DNA of 64,000 bases from positions 31,558,001-31,622,000 of the forward strand of contig OX597822.1 in assembly GCA_951406725.2 (NCBI GenBank), given 5' to 3'. Under the pieces are notes generated by a model. That model was not told the origin of the DNA. It saw only the letters and a list, made by a program, of their open reading frames with translations, and did no database searches. The position numbers were made by a program, and so were the translations under genes. Each line of letters opens with the position of its first letter. Position 1 is the first letter of the stretch. Below are positions 12,784 through 26,292 of this stretch, piece by piece. This DNA is from Octopus vulgaris. Taxonomy: Eukaryota.

Positions 12784-14036
12784 ATACACATATGTGTGTA
12801 TATATATATATTCATATTTTGTTAAGCAAACATATTTCGTCAATGCTTAAATGATTTTTAATAAGTACACACAGGATCCTTTCAACCCGATGCGAATGCT
12901 TTCAGGTTATGACGTTTCTAAGCTCATGTGTTGAGATCTTTTCATATTTTCCTTTGAAAATCCGAACACATTGACAACCAACGACTGCCTGGAAGCTGTT
13001 GAATGAAAAATACATTGCAAAATTTCGTTGAAATTTACGAAAACATATCTGAGTTACTGCATAGCATTATAGATTTTGGTGATGCATGCATGACGTTATG
13101 TCTCTGAAGGTGAGCTGCTTTAACCAATGAAGTAAAAGCAATCAAAATTCTATCAGTACATAACAGCTTATATTTATGTCTTAGAAATATATTAGAAATG
13201 GATACAAATATACGATATTATATCACACTCACATATCAGCGTGTGAGTTTGTGTCTAAACACTTTTTAAAATTTATTTTGACTTGCGTCTGTTTATGTGT
13301 ATCCATTATGGCATTAGATATTAAAGTACAAAATATGGGACACAATTTTTCTTTAAAATTCCTTTAAAATTCAACTGCGCGAAAAATGCCAGTTAAAATT
13401 TAGGATGGTATAACTGGGCCAATAATCTTATTTTTATCCATAAAGTACACGATAAAATATTTCACTGTAAAGCTATAAAAATGCTGCTTCGATTTAGATG
13501 AGAAGAAGGCGTTCATGATAGTTATGAAATAATACTGAATATTAATCAAGTGATACATGTTAAAACAAATTACATTTTTGTAGGTTAGATATGATTATTA
13601 TTGTAGGAGATAGAAACGATTAGCTTATGCACAAGACAGTGTCTTCTTCATCAGACGCCTGTAAAAAACGATGTACAATAATACAATGATGTACATGCAC
13701 TCATGTTGCTTGTCAATAGAACAGTTAGTTTTATCTAAGGACATTTTCCCAACAGATTAGTATCTCAAGGCTAAAGAATTAATTGTAAATACTTTTTGCT
13801 ATGCATCAATTAATTGCTTTCTATTTCATTATATATACGTATATATACATACACACAGACGGGCGTGCACACACACATACACACACGCGCACTTGTGTAC
13901 AAAATTTGAATTTAGAAAACATCTCATGGGACTCGATTAACCATTTACAATTTCATTAGGCTTTTACAGAAAACCGTCCAGAATACATTCATTCAGGCGA
14001 AAGGTTCAACAAAAAATTGACTCTCCTCATAATATA

Positions 14037-14284
14037 TGTCTGTCTGCCTGCCTGTCTGCCTGCCTGCATGCCTGTCCGCTTGCCTGCCTGCCTGTCTGCC
14101 CGTCTGCCCGTCTGTCTGCCCGTCTGTCTGTCTGCCCGTCCGTCCGTCCGTCTATTTACCTACCTACCAACCTAACTCATTTACATTATTTACATTTGAC
14201 GGATATTTGTCCTCTTTAAATAATGTAAATAATGTACATAATTCCTCATCTCTTAAATATAGAACTGGACCTACCTATCTACAC

Positions 14285-14333
<49 letters not shown>

Positions 14334-14400
14334 GCCATACACACGTACGCACATGCACACACACGCACATACACACACGCACACACTCACACACACACAC
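14037..14400. repeat. (CTGC/CTGT)n, (TCTA)n and (CA)n tracts
   Basis: Visible directly. Confidence 0.9.
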
Positions 14401-14401
14401 A

Positions 14402-15200
14402 AAAGATGCGATTGGTGAATTGTCCACCTATTAGATTTTTAGTTTCGCGCAGGCACATTGCATGTTTTGAATTTTGATTACTTCCCTGTATTCAAGTGAC
14501 AGTTGGGCATCGTCTGTGAGAAAAACAACGCCGTGATGCAATGTACTCTGCGAGAACTTTCGAAACGACAAGCTGTACTGTTTGGCTTACCGTGTCTCCA
14601 AAATGTGTACCGAGAGTGATAAAAATCAAATAATGAGTCAACAACATGGTATTCGGACTGATCACTAGTGATGGCGACGTTATGCCTCCATTCACCTTCC
14701 CGCACGGTGTCAGACACAATACGGAGGCCTATATCAAGTGCATGGAGGAGGTAATGCCTCCCTAGTTCAAGAGGGTGGCTGCTGGAGGACCCTGTATCTC
14801 TCGAAATGACTCTGGATCATACCACACAGGCAAGAGAATCGAGTCATAACTATCAGACAATTTCTGCGACCACATCCGCCTAACAACTGGCTACCAAACT
14901 CCTCAGACTGCTACCCACTTATGTGTGGTGTGCAGTTGAGCGACAGATCAACAACATTCCTTGTGACACCAAAGATGACCTGAAGGCAAGGATTATGGTA
15001 GCATTCACCAGCTTAAACAAGAAGACCGTCCAGAAGAGTTGCAGGAGATTCCGAAGTCTTCTGGGGATTATGGTTGAAGCCAATGACGATTTTATTTAAT
15101 ATATCTACTCTTTAGTATTTCAAGCTATATTTATGTAATTTTGTTAAATATATCTCTGACCTTTGAGTTTCATAAACTATTTCATAAACTTCTTAATCAC
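14402..15200 (+). mobile_element. Internally deleted Tc1/mariner transposon (DD37D/maT-like) with decayed transposase
   Basis: Manual translation MVFGLITSDGDVMPPFTFPHGVRHNTEAYIKCMEEV...NDSGSYH...WLPNSSDCYPL...VWCAVE...DDLKARIMVAF...KSCRRFRS...MVEANDDFI, with stops and frameshifts. Confidence 0.8.
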
Positions 15201-15209
15201 TATTTCAAA

Positions 15210-16108
15210 TCAATGAAAACTGAAGTCCGTTACCCACCTGTGAAAGCAGTAAATAATGTAAGCAACCGACATCTAGAAAGCTCTGAAGAAGCAGTACTAA
15301 ACAAAGGTCTCAACTTTGTGACAACCATCAAGCGCATTCCATACTTGGACATAATAGCCCCCAATGAAGAGATAGCCATAACATACCAAAAGCTCAGTGA
15401 TATGAACTAAGGTGGAAAGTGAGACAGGTACTAGAAAAACCGAAACTTCCCAAACCAAACATTCCTAAGGAAGAAAAGTTCGCTATCAGGAGACAACAGA
15501 GTAACAATTCAATCATACTACTTCCAGCAGACAAGGGGAATGCTGCAGCGGTGATGAACAAGTCTGACTACTCGGAAAAACTGGCAAGTCTAATAAATGA
15601 TGGTAGCTACAGCAAAGTAAAGAAAAAACCTACTTTGAAAACAGAGAGGAAGTCGTCATAGATCTTGATCAAGAATAATAACTTTACACCAATGAAATAC
15701 AAGTAACTTAACATTACAGTAAACTACCACACATGTACTGTCTTCCTAAGATTCACCAAGATGGTATTCCATTAAGACCTAAAGTTAGTTGTAGAGGTTC
15801 AGCGTGTCATCTACTGAGCCGCTTCCTTGTGGATATACACAGTCCATTTGCAGGAAAGTTAACATCGTACGTGAAGAATTCCACCTACATCGCAGAATTG
15901 ATCACGGATACCCCCATTGAATCCAACCAGATGGTGGTCTAGATGTGATAAGCCTGTTCACCAAAGTCCCAACTGGTGCAGCACTATCGGTGATTCAAGA
16001 AAAACTAGTGCCTGACACCCATCTAAAAGAACGCACTAATAGACCAATAAGAAGCTGGATGGAAATGTTGACCTTCTGTATAGAAACTACCCACTTCAGT
16101 ATGGACCC

Positions 16109-16110
<2 letters not shown>
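15210..16110 (+). mobile_element. Penelope-like element reverse transcriptase fragment (decayed)
   Basis: Successive ORFs with VLNKGLNF, LPKPNI..EE..AI, ILLPADKGNAAAVM, Y.LPKIHQDGIPLRP.VS, (D)VISLFTKVP: typical PLE RT N-terminal motifs, broken by stops. Confidence 0.9.
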
Positions 16111-16147
<37 letters not shown>

Positions 16148-16150
<3 letters not shown>

Positions 16151-16335
16151 AAAGTTTACGAAAAAAACAAAAGACGAAGACAGGAGGTGTACAAAACAAA
16201 CAGATATATTAGTATAACGCTCAGGAATAGAAAAAAGTCTTTTACGTTTCGAGCCTACGCTCTTCTACAGAAAAGTATACAGAAAAAAACAAGGAGAGAA
16301 AAAAATGTGTGTAGTGGTTAAAGATCTATGATGGC

Positions 16336-16338
<3 letters not shown>
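16148..16338 (-). mobile_element. Short Penelope pLTR-like element in (TA)n with minimal hammerhead-like motif
   Basis: (TA)n on both sides; minus strand UUUU-CUGUAGA-AGAGCGUAGGCUC-GAAACGU-A-AAAG at 16239-16274. Confidence 0.6.
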
Positions 16339-16383
<45 letters not shown>

Positions 16384-16564
16384 CTCTGATCACAGAGATA
16401 CTATGTACTATCAAGAGTGCAGTCATCACACTGTGTCACATATTCTATATTTTCACTGAGATTTTTATCTGTACTTACCATTTTAATGTTATGGTTTTTA
16501 ATATAAACTTCACTAAATGGTGCCTGCTGGAAGAACCATTCATACGTCTTACGAATACATTTCT

Positions 16565-16790
16565 TATTTCTTTATTGCCCTTGTCGGCAATAAAGGACAA
16601 ACAAGGACAGGCAAAAGGAATAAGTCGTTTACATCGACTCCAGTGCGTAACTGGTACCTATTTAATCGACCCCGAAATGATGAAAAGCAAAGTCGACCTC
16701 GACGGAATTTGAACTCAGAACGTAGCGGCAGAGGAAATACGGCTAAGCATTTCGCCCGGCTGGCTAACGATTCTACCAGCTCGCCGCCTT
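16565..16790 (-). mobile_element. SINE family B
   Basis: Near full-length match to the 11206 copy. Confidence 0.9.
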
Positions 16791-16809
16791 TAGTAACATT
16801 TCTTTCGAC

Positions 16810-16955
16810 ATTATATTCTGAGTTTAAAATGCGCCCAGGTCGTCATTACCTGTCATCTCTTCGGGATCGATAAAAAAGTTATCATTTGATCACTGGCATC
16901 GATGTAATCGACTTGAGTCCTCTTCCGTAATTACTGAGTGCCAAATTTTGAAACC
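16810..16955 (+). mobile_element. Diverged 5'-truncated SINE family B
   Basis: attctgagtttaaatgcgcccaggtcg...tcgggatcgataaaa...gtgccaaattttgaaacc. Confidence 0.65.
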
Positions 16956-17570
16956 TATATACACTACACTAATCATTACAAGAATCGAAGTATTATTTTT
17001 GATTGAAAATAAACATGAAACTCACTGAAATGAAGCAAATAATGCGTCTATCATTTGCAAGATTATTGAAGATTGTGTTGAATTTCGTTTCTATTAAGAA
17101 ATTGTTTGCTTAATATTCAGCCTACTGCAGTCTTTATCTCGAATAAGCTGTTGGCTTATCCACAATGAGATTTCGTCGAACGTTAGCATCTATGCAAAAT
17201 ATATATGTGAATGTATGTATGCGTATGTATATGTGTATGTATATATGTGCGTATGCGTGTAGCTATATATGTATAGGTATATGTGTATTTGTAATTATGG
17301 ATCTATTTGTGTGTACTGGGTATTTTGAGATTCGCATGAGCGCTAAACGCTATTTCTAACAACACTCTGCATTCCGATTTCAAATCCTGTCCAATTCAGC
17401 TTTACTTTTCTATCTTTCGTGCTCAATAAAAAGGTGAAGCAGCCAAAGTGACTGACTGAGGAAACTGTTATAAGGCTGTGCAAGCTTACGTAGGTTATCT
17501 GACGCTGTTTTTGGTTTCTGACAGTAAAGTCTACATTGACAGCCGAGCGAATCAATATCAACTAAGTTCA

Positions 17571-17668
17571 AGGCGGCGAGGTGGCACAGACGTTAGCACG
17601 CCGGACGAAAGGCTTGGCGCTATTTCGTCTGCCGTTACATTCTGAGTTCAAATTCCGCCGCGGTCGAC
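17571..17668 (+). mobile_element. SINE family B 5' half
   Basis: aggcggcgaggtggcacagacgttagcacgccggacgaaa...gagttcaaattccgccgcggtcgac. Confidence 0.8.
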
Positions 17669-17796
17669 GATTTTACTTATGGTCAATCGTTTCTGACGTG
17701 GAGAAAGTAGAGGACTTCCGTGCATAGGCAACTGTCACACTTCAAAATATCATGTCGTGGCCTGGACGTACATGTGCAGACGCATAGTAAACCTAG

Positions 17797-17867
<71 letters not shown>

Positions 17868-18758
17868 TGTGTGCGTGTATACATATGTATTTGCATGTTA
17901 TATAAGGGCGTGTGGGTGTGTATTCTGGTGGGGGGAGTGAATAAGTATATCAGGGACGAATTCTTTCTGCATATATAAGGTATTCGTTGCCTACATTCAA
18001 TTCATCGGTTTTTCTCACTTTCCTTCATTTAGAATGCATTTACGAAGGTGATATTTCACATTTTCTAACACTTAAAATCATATTTAGAGTAGGCATTAAG
18101 TAAACATTTAAGTAGAAATATTATTATTTCTAAATCTCTGAAGGAGAAACATTTAGTAACAGTACTCTAGAGTACAGATTATTTACCAACATAATGTGGC
18201 ACTCCTGGTTAACAGAAACATTAAGATATATCTTAATATATGATACAGTATTTCCGAAGGCTGTTATTGTTACACACAGCATGGATAAGAAAATATATCT
18301 AAGAACTGGCAGACTCATTCTGGCGTAAGATGAAAAGAAAAAGAACTCTTACAATTTATGAAGTTTTTGCTTTCTGAGTTCAAATTCCCACTGAGTCTGA
18401 GGTCAATGTTATTCACCATATTAATGGGGGCGATAAACTGAACCAACCGTCCAACGTAGTAGATTAGCATGGTTGCTGAAGTTTTTCGTTCCAAATCTTT
18501 AGGTTCTCCACATCTGCGCAGGCAGATGTGGCTGGCAAATTTGTAACTAGCTGACAAGATACTGGTTTATAAAATAACAAACAGAAACATGGCAATGAAT
18601 AAACAATATTTCATAGGGAATATTCAGGTGTATATTTAAATAACACTTGGCAGAGAACACAGCAGGAATACTCTGTTGACATTTTGGGGCAGAGAGTAGA
18701 ACAGTATGAATTGGAAATATTACCTCAAAACACCCTTCAGTGTATTAACATACTTCGG

Positions 18759-18801
<43 letters not shown>

Positions 18802-19109
18802 CTGAAAACATATATGAATTATTGCGTTACAGTGTATTACATTGACCTGCGCTCTTTTCAAATCCATAGGATATATGAGTGTTAGGCCATTTATAGATTT
18901 TGCCAGTATATGGTAGCATACTGGCAAAATCTATGCACTACTTGATATAGTAAGTAAATAATAAAGAAATGGAACGAGACATCTTATGATATGACAGGGA
19001 AGAGTATACGATGTTAGAGAGCTTATTACCTCAGTGCTAGCAGGGAAAAAGGTGTAACTGGTCAAGGTCACATCGCATTTAATCATCGTCATGGTTAATC
19101 AACGTTAAA

Positions 19110-19214
19110 GTATGTGCGTGTGTGCGTGCGTGTGAGGGAGAGAGTGAAAGAGAGAGTAAGAGTGTGTGTGTGTGTGTGTGTGTTTGTTTATGTGTAACAC
19201 ATATACATACATAC

Positions 19215-19259
<45 letters not shown>

Positions 19260-19274
19260 GAAAGAGAGAGAATT

Positions 19275-19330
<56 letters not shown>

Positions 19331-19334
19331 ACGC

Positions 19335-19373
<39 letters not shown>

Positions 19374-19481
19374 GATAGATACATATAGTCAAACAGATTG
19401 ATAGATACATAGATGAATAGATAGGTATATAGATAGATAAAATGAGAGACAGATAGATAGATAGATATATAGATATATAGG

Positions 19482-19558
<77 letters not shown>

Positions 19559-19560
19559 TC
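19110..19560. repeat. Compound (TG)n/(TA)n/(GATA)n block
   Basis: Visible directly. Confidence 0.95.
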
Positions 19561-20221
19561 ATAGATAGGAAGGTACGCTAGGTAGTTAGTTATGCATATA
19601 CATATGGTCGTATGTGCGCATGCACTTTCATGTATATTTCGGTGATCTGCAATTGGGCTGGTTTATGAATATAAACCATTTTTATGATTTAGTTATGAGC
19701 GAACCAGAGAGCAGAACAGATGAGGAAATATATGCTTACGTTTATTATATAGATTTAATCAACAGATATACAAACCGATAGAAGATCAATCGAAAAAATG
19801 TGTGTATTAACATTCGTATTTGTTTCGTATGACTGCACAAAGCAGTTATACATACATATGCGGACACACACACAAATACACAAACACACTCAAGTATATG
19901 GCATAAACGCCTTATATGTCGAAGCATATCAAATACGTTTTAGTTCAGTAGATATACATTTTCTTAAACGCGTAAATGCTTCTCAATAATCGTAATCTAT
20001 CTAGCCATCAACGCCTTAAGTTCTTAAGAAGACTCTACCACATGCTCTGAGTTATTTCACAAATTGATTTCAAATCTGGTGTGTATATATAAATGACCAA
20101 AAGGAAGCTATTAAATGAAAAGTGTCTGAAAGAATGTCAGGGAGTAATCTGTATTTGGGCGATGCATTAATTATAACATGAGTTAATTTAAAATACCGCG
20201 GGCATATATCTACATACATTT

Positions 20222-20447
20222 AAGGCGACAAGCTAGCAGAAACGTTAGCGCGCCGGGCGAAATGCTAATCCGTATTTCGTCTGCCGTTACGTTCTGAGTT
20301 CAAATTCCGCCGAGGTCGACTTTGCCTTTCACCCTTTCGGGATCGATAAATAAAGTTACGCACTGGGGTCGATCTAATCGACTTAATCCGTTTGTCTGTC
20401 CTTGTTTGTCCCCTCTATGTTTAGCCGCTAGTGGGCAATAAAGAATT
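20222..20447 (+). mobile_element. SINE family B
   Basis: Full-length match to the family B consensus inferred from the other copies. Confidence 0.9.
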
Positions 20448-20519
20448 ATATATCTACACATACACACACACACACTCGCACACATACACACACATATATA
20501 TATATATATATATGAATGT

Positions 20520-20550
<31 letters not shown>

Positions 20551-21076
20551 CATATGTATGTATATGTATGTGTATATACATGTGTATATATACATTTATT
20601 TATGCATACATACATGTGTGCGTTTGTGTGTGTGTGTGCATGTGTGTCTGTGAGTAACTATGTATGCACCAATAATATATACTACATAATAAGAGTTTAG
20701 TCTAAAATTGTATTGAATATGCAGGACTATACAAATATTCTACAAAATATATTCTGCTTATACAATGAGATGTGCCGCTAAAAAACTCTTAAAATACCGA
20801 GTGTCGGGAATTTTACTAATTATGTATATCTGTTGCAAACTAAAGTCTTGTGATGAGATTGGAAAGGTTTGAAACAAGATTAGAGTTAACGACTGAGAAA
20901 CATTACCGTTTATATCTAAACACAAAGAGGCTAAAAAGCAAATACCAAAACAAACTTAAAACATGTTAAACTCGATGTTGATAATCTTTAACTTTCCGTG
21001 TCTATAATCAATGTGCTTCTATGTATGTAAACAATAAATCAAAGTGTTCTTCTATGTATTCAGGTACGTGCGCATG

Positions 21077-21106
<30 letters not shown>

Positions 21107-21110
<4 letters not shown>

Positions 21111-21513
21111 CTCTTTTACTCTTTTACTTGTTTCAGTCATTTGACTGCGGCCATGCTGGAGCACCGCCTTTAGTCAAGCAAATCGACCCCGGGACTTATT
21201 CTTTGTAAGCCCAGTACTTATTCTATCGGTCTCTTTTGCCGAATCGCTAAGTGACGGGGATGTAAACACACCAGCATCGGTTGTCAAGCAATGCTAGGGG
21301 GACAAACACAGACAGACAAACACACACATACATATATATACATATACATATATACGACAGGCTTCTTTCAGTTTCCGTCTACCAAATCCACTAACAAGGC
21401 ATTGGTCGGCCCGGGACTATAGCAGAAGACACTTGCCCAAGATGCTACGCAGTGGGACTGAACCCGGAACCATGTGGTTGGTTAGCAAGCTACTTACCAC
21501 ACAGCCACTCCTG
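21107..21513 (-). mobile_element. SINE family A, near full length
   Basis: Minus-strand tRNA-like head with A box TGGCTGTGTGG and B box GGTTCAGTCCC, CORE-like ttgggcaagtgtcttct, internal microsatellite, (GTAAAAGA)n tail. Confidence 0.9.
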
Positions 21514-21631
21514 TTTCTGTATATCTGTGTATGTATGGTAGGTAAAACAGTATCAACTACGAAAAATGTGTTACCATAATTTCGGAACATGGATATAGTA
21601 TTACTGCAGAACAGCTTTAATATTGGCTTCA

Positions 21632-21807
21632 TATTTTGGCACAGGGCCAGCAACTACGGAAGAGGGAGTAAGTGAATTACATCTACCTAGTACTAACTTT
21701 ATCGACCTAGAAAGTCGTCCTTAGCGGAGTTTGGACGTAGAATGCAAGAAAGAAATGCCTCTAAGCTTTTCACCCGGCATGCTAAAAAGTTTTTCGCAGC
21801 TCGCCAC
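21632..21807 (-). mobile_element. Diverged SINE family B
   Basis: tttatcgacctagaaagtcg...gcggagtttgga...agctcgcc. Confidence 0.65.
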
Positions 21808-21882
21808 TCAGAACAGATTTAATATTATGAAGAAATGTCTCACCTTGTAGCAAAAACTGAAATCAATATTACGAGGAAAGAG

Positions 21883-22072
21883 AGCGGCGACCCGACAGAA
21901 TTATTACTCAAACCATATCGAGTGGTAATGCTCAGCGGCATTTCGTCCGCCCTTACATTCTGCTTTCAAAATTCACCGTTGTCGAATTTGCCTTTTATTC
22001 TTTCGGGGTCGATAAAGTAAGTACTAGTTAAGTACTGGTGTGAATGGAATCGACATACCCCTCTGCCAAAAT
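21883..22072 (+). mobile_element. Diverged SINE family B
   Basis: gcggcatttcgtccgcccttacattctg...tttcggggtcgataaagtaagtac. Confidence 0.75.
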
Positions 22073-22097
22073 TGAAATCAATATTACGAATAAGTGA

Positions 22098-22492
22098 GAG
22101 GGCGATCTGGCAGAAAACGTTAGCATGCCGGGCGAAATGCCTAGCGGTATTTCGTCTGCCGCTACATTCTGAGTTCAAATTCCGCCGATCGACTTTGCCT
22201 TTCATACTTTAGGGGTCGATTAAATAAGTACCAGTTACGCACTAGTGTCGATGTAATCGACTTAATCTGTTTGTCTGTCCTTGTTTGTCCCCTCTGTGTT
22301 TAGACCCTTGTGGGGAGTAAAGAAATAGGTATTTCGTCTGACTTTACGTTGTGAGTTCAAATTTCGCCGAGGTCGGCTTTGCCTTCCATTCTTTCAGAGT
22401 GTATAAATTAAGTACCATTTGCGTACTGGAGTCCATCTAACTGACTGGCACCCTCCCCAAAATTTCAGGCCTTGTGCCTAGAGTAGAAAAGA
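22098..22492 (+). mobile_element. Dimeric SINE family B
   Basis: Two successive tatttcgtctg...gagttcaaatt...gtcg modules. Confidence 0.85.
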
Positions 22493-22759
22493 ATATTGCG
22501 AACAAGTAAGTCGGCTAGTTCGGAGATGTGTTAATGATTCTTTTGCCCACGCAGTAATTCTGTTGTTCCTTTTCGTTATTCATGAAGCGGCCAAAACAAC
22601 CACTTGCAGCTGTAAGTTAGCAAACCATGCATCAAATACTTTGTTTTTCTACTCGCTTCCTGACAATTTGTTATTCTGCTCTCAGCTGAGGACTTTTTTT
22701 TTTACATGTACCAGTTAAATACTTTGCAAAGCAATTTCGGCTGATAATTAGATTTCGAA

Positions 22760-22766
22760 TCTCTCT

Positions 22767-22835
<69 letters not shown>

Positions 22836-22856
22836 GTATGTATGTATGTATGTATG

Positions 22857-22917
<61 letters not shown>

Positions 22918-22984
22918 TACGTATGTATGTATGTATATATATATGTATATATATATATATATATATACTACGTATGTATGTATG

Positions 22985-23033
<49 letters not shown>

Positions 23034-23105
23034 ATATATATATATATATATATATCCTACGTATGTATGTATATATATATGTATATATATATATATATAT
23101 GTATG

Positions 23106-23137
<32 letters not shown>

Positions 23138-23285
23138 CATATATACATATATATATATATATACGTATATATGTAAGTATATATATATATATATACGTAT
23201 ATATGTATGTATATATATATACGTGTATATGTATGTGTATATATATATATACGTATATATGTATATATATATATACGTATGTATG

Positions 23286-23330
<45 letters not shown>
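22760..23330. repeat. (CT)n followed by long (TA)n/(TATG)n array
   Basis: Visible directly. Confidence 0.95.
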
Positions 23331-23332
<2 letters not shown>

Positions 23333-23753
23333 CACATGATTACACATGTTCAAACATATAAACATATACACCGGCAGAAAAACACACACACACACAAATA
23401 CATTTATGGTTGAGTAGCATTATTCAATGAGTGTTTTGAATGGGAAATTCCATGGAAATATCTAAAATATTTTTAGCTCTGTTGGAATTCTAACGAGCAA
23501 AATATGCTTTTTTCCAATAGTCGTATAATTTCCTAAAGGATTTTAGTAGATATTGCTAGCGTTCATGCATTAACGAAATAAGTAGTCAAAGAATAGGCAA
23601 CTATATAGCGAACGATGCAAGCATGTTTCAATTCAGGACAAACATTGCCTTGTACAATTGCGCATATACTTACAGACGCACACATATATGAGTGTATATG
23701 TGTGTCCTTGTGTTAGTGTGTGTTGTGTGTGTGTCAGTGTGCGTGTGTGTGTG

Positions 23754-23790
<37 letters not shown>

Positions 23791-24170
23791 TTGCATTTCC
23801 GTTTCCCATCAAATACATATAATATAAGTATTCACGAAATTGAAGAATTCTTGACGTTTTTTTCGGAGTAATTCCTTCATATAGTTATGGCGTTATATTG
23901 AAAGGTGAAGCATAAAGTTAAACCTAATATTTATCGTCAATTATTATTAGTTTCAATGTTTTAGAATGTGAGACACACATCTATGCCTAGAAATATTTAC
24001 ACAACATGGAGCATATGACTTACTTTGATGGCTGATTTTCAAAAAAATTCTTTTTTATAATTGGAACAACACATTCCTATACATACACACGTAAATAAAA
24101 GTAAATATATACACGCATAATCACACACATACGCACCGAAACACACACTTATATATGTGTGTGTGTGTGT

Positions 24171-24472
24171 GGAGGTGCAATGCCGTAGTGTTTAGGGCAG
24201 CGGACTCGCGGTCGTAGGATCGCGGTTTTGATACCAAGACCGTTTTTTTTGTGTGTGTATTGAGCGAAAACACCTAACAGTTCCACGAGGCTCCGGCAGG
24301 GGATGGTCGCAACCCCTGTTGTACTCTTTCGCCGCAACTTTCTCTCACTCCATCTTCCTGTTTCTTGAGTAACGCTGTGATGGACTGGGGTCCCGTCCAG
24401 CATGGTGGGACACATACGCCACAGAAACCGAGAAACCGGGCCCATGAGCCTGGCTAGGCTTGAAGAGGGCGA
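24171..24472 (+). mobile_element. SINE family C (tail type 1)
   Basis: ggaggtgcaatgccgtagtgtttagggcagcggactcgcggtcg...gatggactggggtcccgtccagc. Confidence 0.9.
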
Positions 24473-24767
24473 CATCATATATATATATATATATACGTTT
24501 CTGTATATATATATATATATATATACGTTTCTGTATGAATATATATATATATATATATGCGTGTGTGTGTGCGGATTTGATTTACTTGTGTAGACGTATA
24601 ATCAATACATTAGACATCATAAAATTATTTTTACGAAAATTTGCTTATCTATTTGTCAATCTATTTACAGTGGTATGCTTCTTGTGTGTGCAAATATATA
24701 ATTAAAAAAGAATATGACATATATATACATATATATATATATAAATATAAATAAATATATATTTGTA

Positions 24768-24985
24768 GAGGCGCAATGGCCTAATGGTTAGGGCAGCGGA
24801 CTCGCGGTCGCAGGATCGCGGTTTCGATTCTCAGACCGGGCGTTGTGTGTGTTTATTGAGCGAAAACACCTAAAAAAGCCCAAGAGGCTCCGGCAGGGGG
24901 TGGTGATCCCTGCTGTACTCTTTCACCACAATGGCGGTGCCCCAGCATGGCCACAGCTCAAGAGCTGAAACTGGAAAAACAAAAA
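24768..24985 (+). mobile_element. SINE family C head with family A-like tail
   Basis: Family C head to tactctttcaccacaa, then ggcggtgccccagcatggccacagc...ctgaaac. Confidence 0.85.
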
Positions 24986-25462
24986 CAAACAAAACATATA
25001 TATATATGAGGATATAAACAAGTATGTGTATATAGATGCATAATTCACACATATACATGAATACTTGTATGAGTGTGTTTGTGTCATCTATGCGTATCTT
25101 GGCACGTGATGGATTTCATATTACATCATATTATTTATATTGAGGACGTATTCAAAGACTGGATATTATGCATGACTACGAGATACTCCATATGAAATGA
25201 ACGAAAATCTTGGAGAAGAGACTAAAGATAATAATACGTTACCACACGGAAAAAAACTCATGCGCAAACACATTTATACAAATACATATTGGTTTAAAAC
25301 CCCTTTTTCACACTGTTCCTTTCCTTCTCTAATAGAACCTTACGGTGATTTATATATCTACTGTGAGTCAACATTCCTTATAATATCATACCTATGTACA
25401 CTGATGCAATTACATGCATTTGATTACAGGCTGCACAATGTTATAGATTCACACACACACAC

Positions 25463-25519
<57 letters not shown>

Positions 25520-25908
25520 CTCTGTGTATACACATATATTATGAATGCTGCAATAATTGCTAGGAGGTTATATCACGCATCGTCAGTCAGAAGTTACATT
25601 TGCCGTTTGACATTTTCTTATATAGACTCAAGGTATCAATTTCAAATATTACATAATATACGTGAATGTTTCTTACGGATATTGGTGAAAAATCTGTCGG
25701 AAAAAACTTTTTTTTGATGAGCACTGTAAAGCACATATACATCTTGCAACGGAGTAGACGAATCTTATAGAATTGCATGTGACTCTCTGTATTTATATAT
25801 ACGTGTGCATACAGAGACAAACACATATGTAATGTGATGTGATTTTTAACCATTTCAACACATGCATACACACACACACACACACAAACACACACAGACA
25901 CACAGACA

Positions 25909-25942
<34 letters not shown>

Positions 25943-26258
25943 CGCACATTCGAATGCACGCATATGTGAATATTTATATTAATTATATGGTTTTATCAAC
26001 GCCAATCCAATCTACCGCGTATTACTATTTATATAGAATCATAAATATCTAATTGAAGTATGTCGTTTTCAAACTTTCCCTTAATTAGTCTATTTATTTG
26101 ATATCCAGAAATTCTTTCTCTTGCTTATTAATTGACGTTTCTTTGAAATTTGCATGCAAATGTGTATATCTCCAAGCACATGCATTATGTAACTATCTAC
26201 CGGAGCCTGCACGACTTACAGAAAATACGCAAGCTTACTTTAGAAGAAAGCGTGTTTA

Positions 26259-26292
<34 letters not shown>

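Noticed and set aside
13615-13660. CUGAUGA plus hairpin on the minus strand (possible hammerhead)
   Set aside because: No GAAA at the required position and no convincing stems I and III.
21858-22089. 17-bp direct repeat tgaaatcaatattacga flanking a SINE B copy
   Set aside because: Overlaps the family's own tail sequence; cannot distinguish a TSD from tandem SINE tails.
22804-23413. Long [12 protein letters not shown] ORFs here and throughout the window
   Set aside because: Artefacts of dinucleotide repeats.
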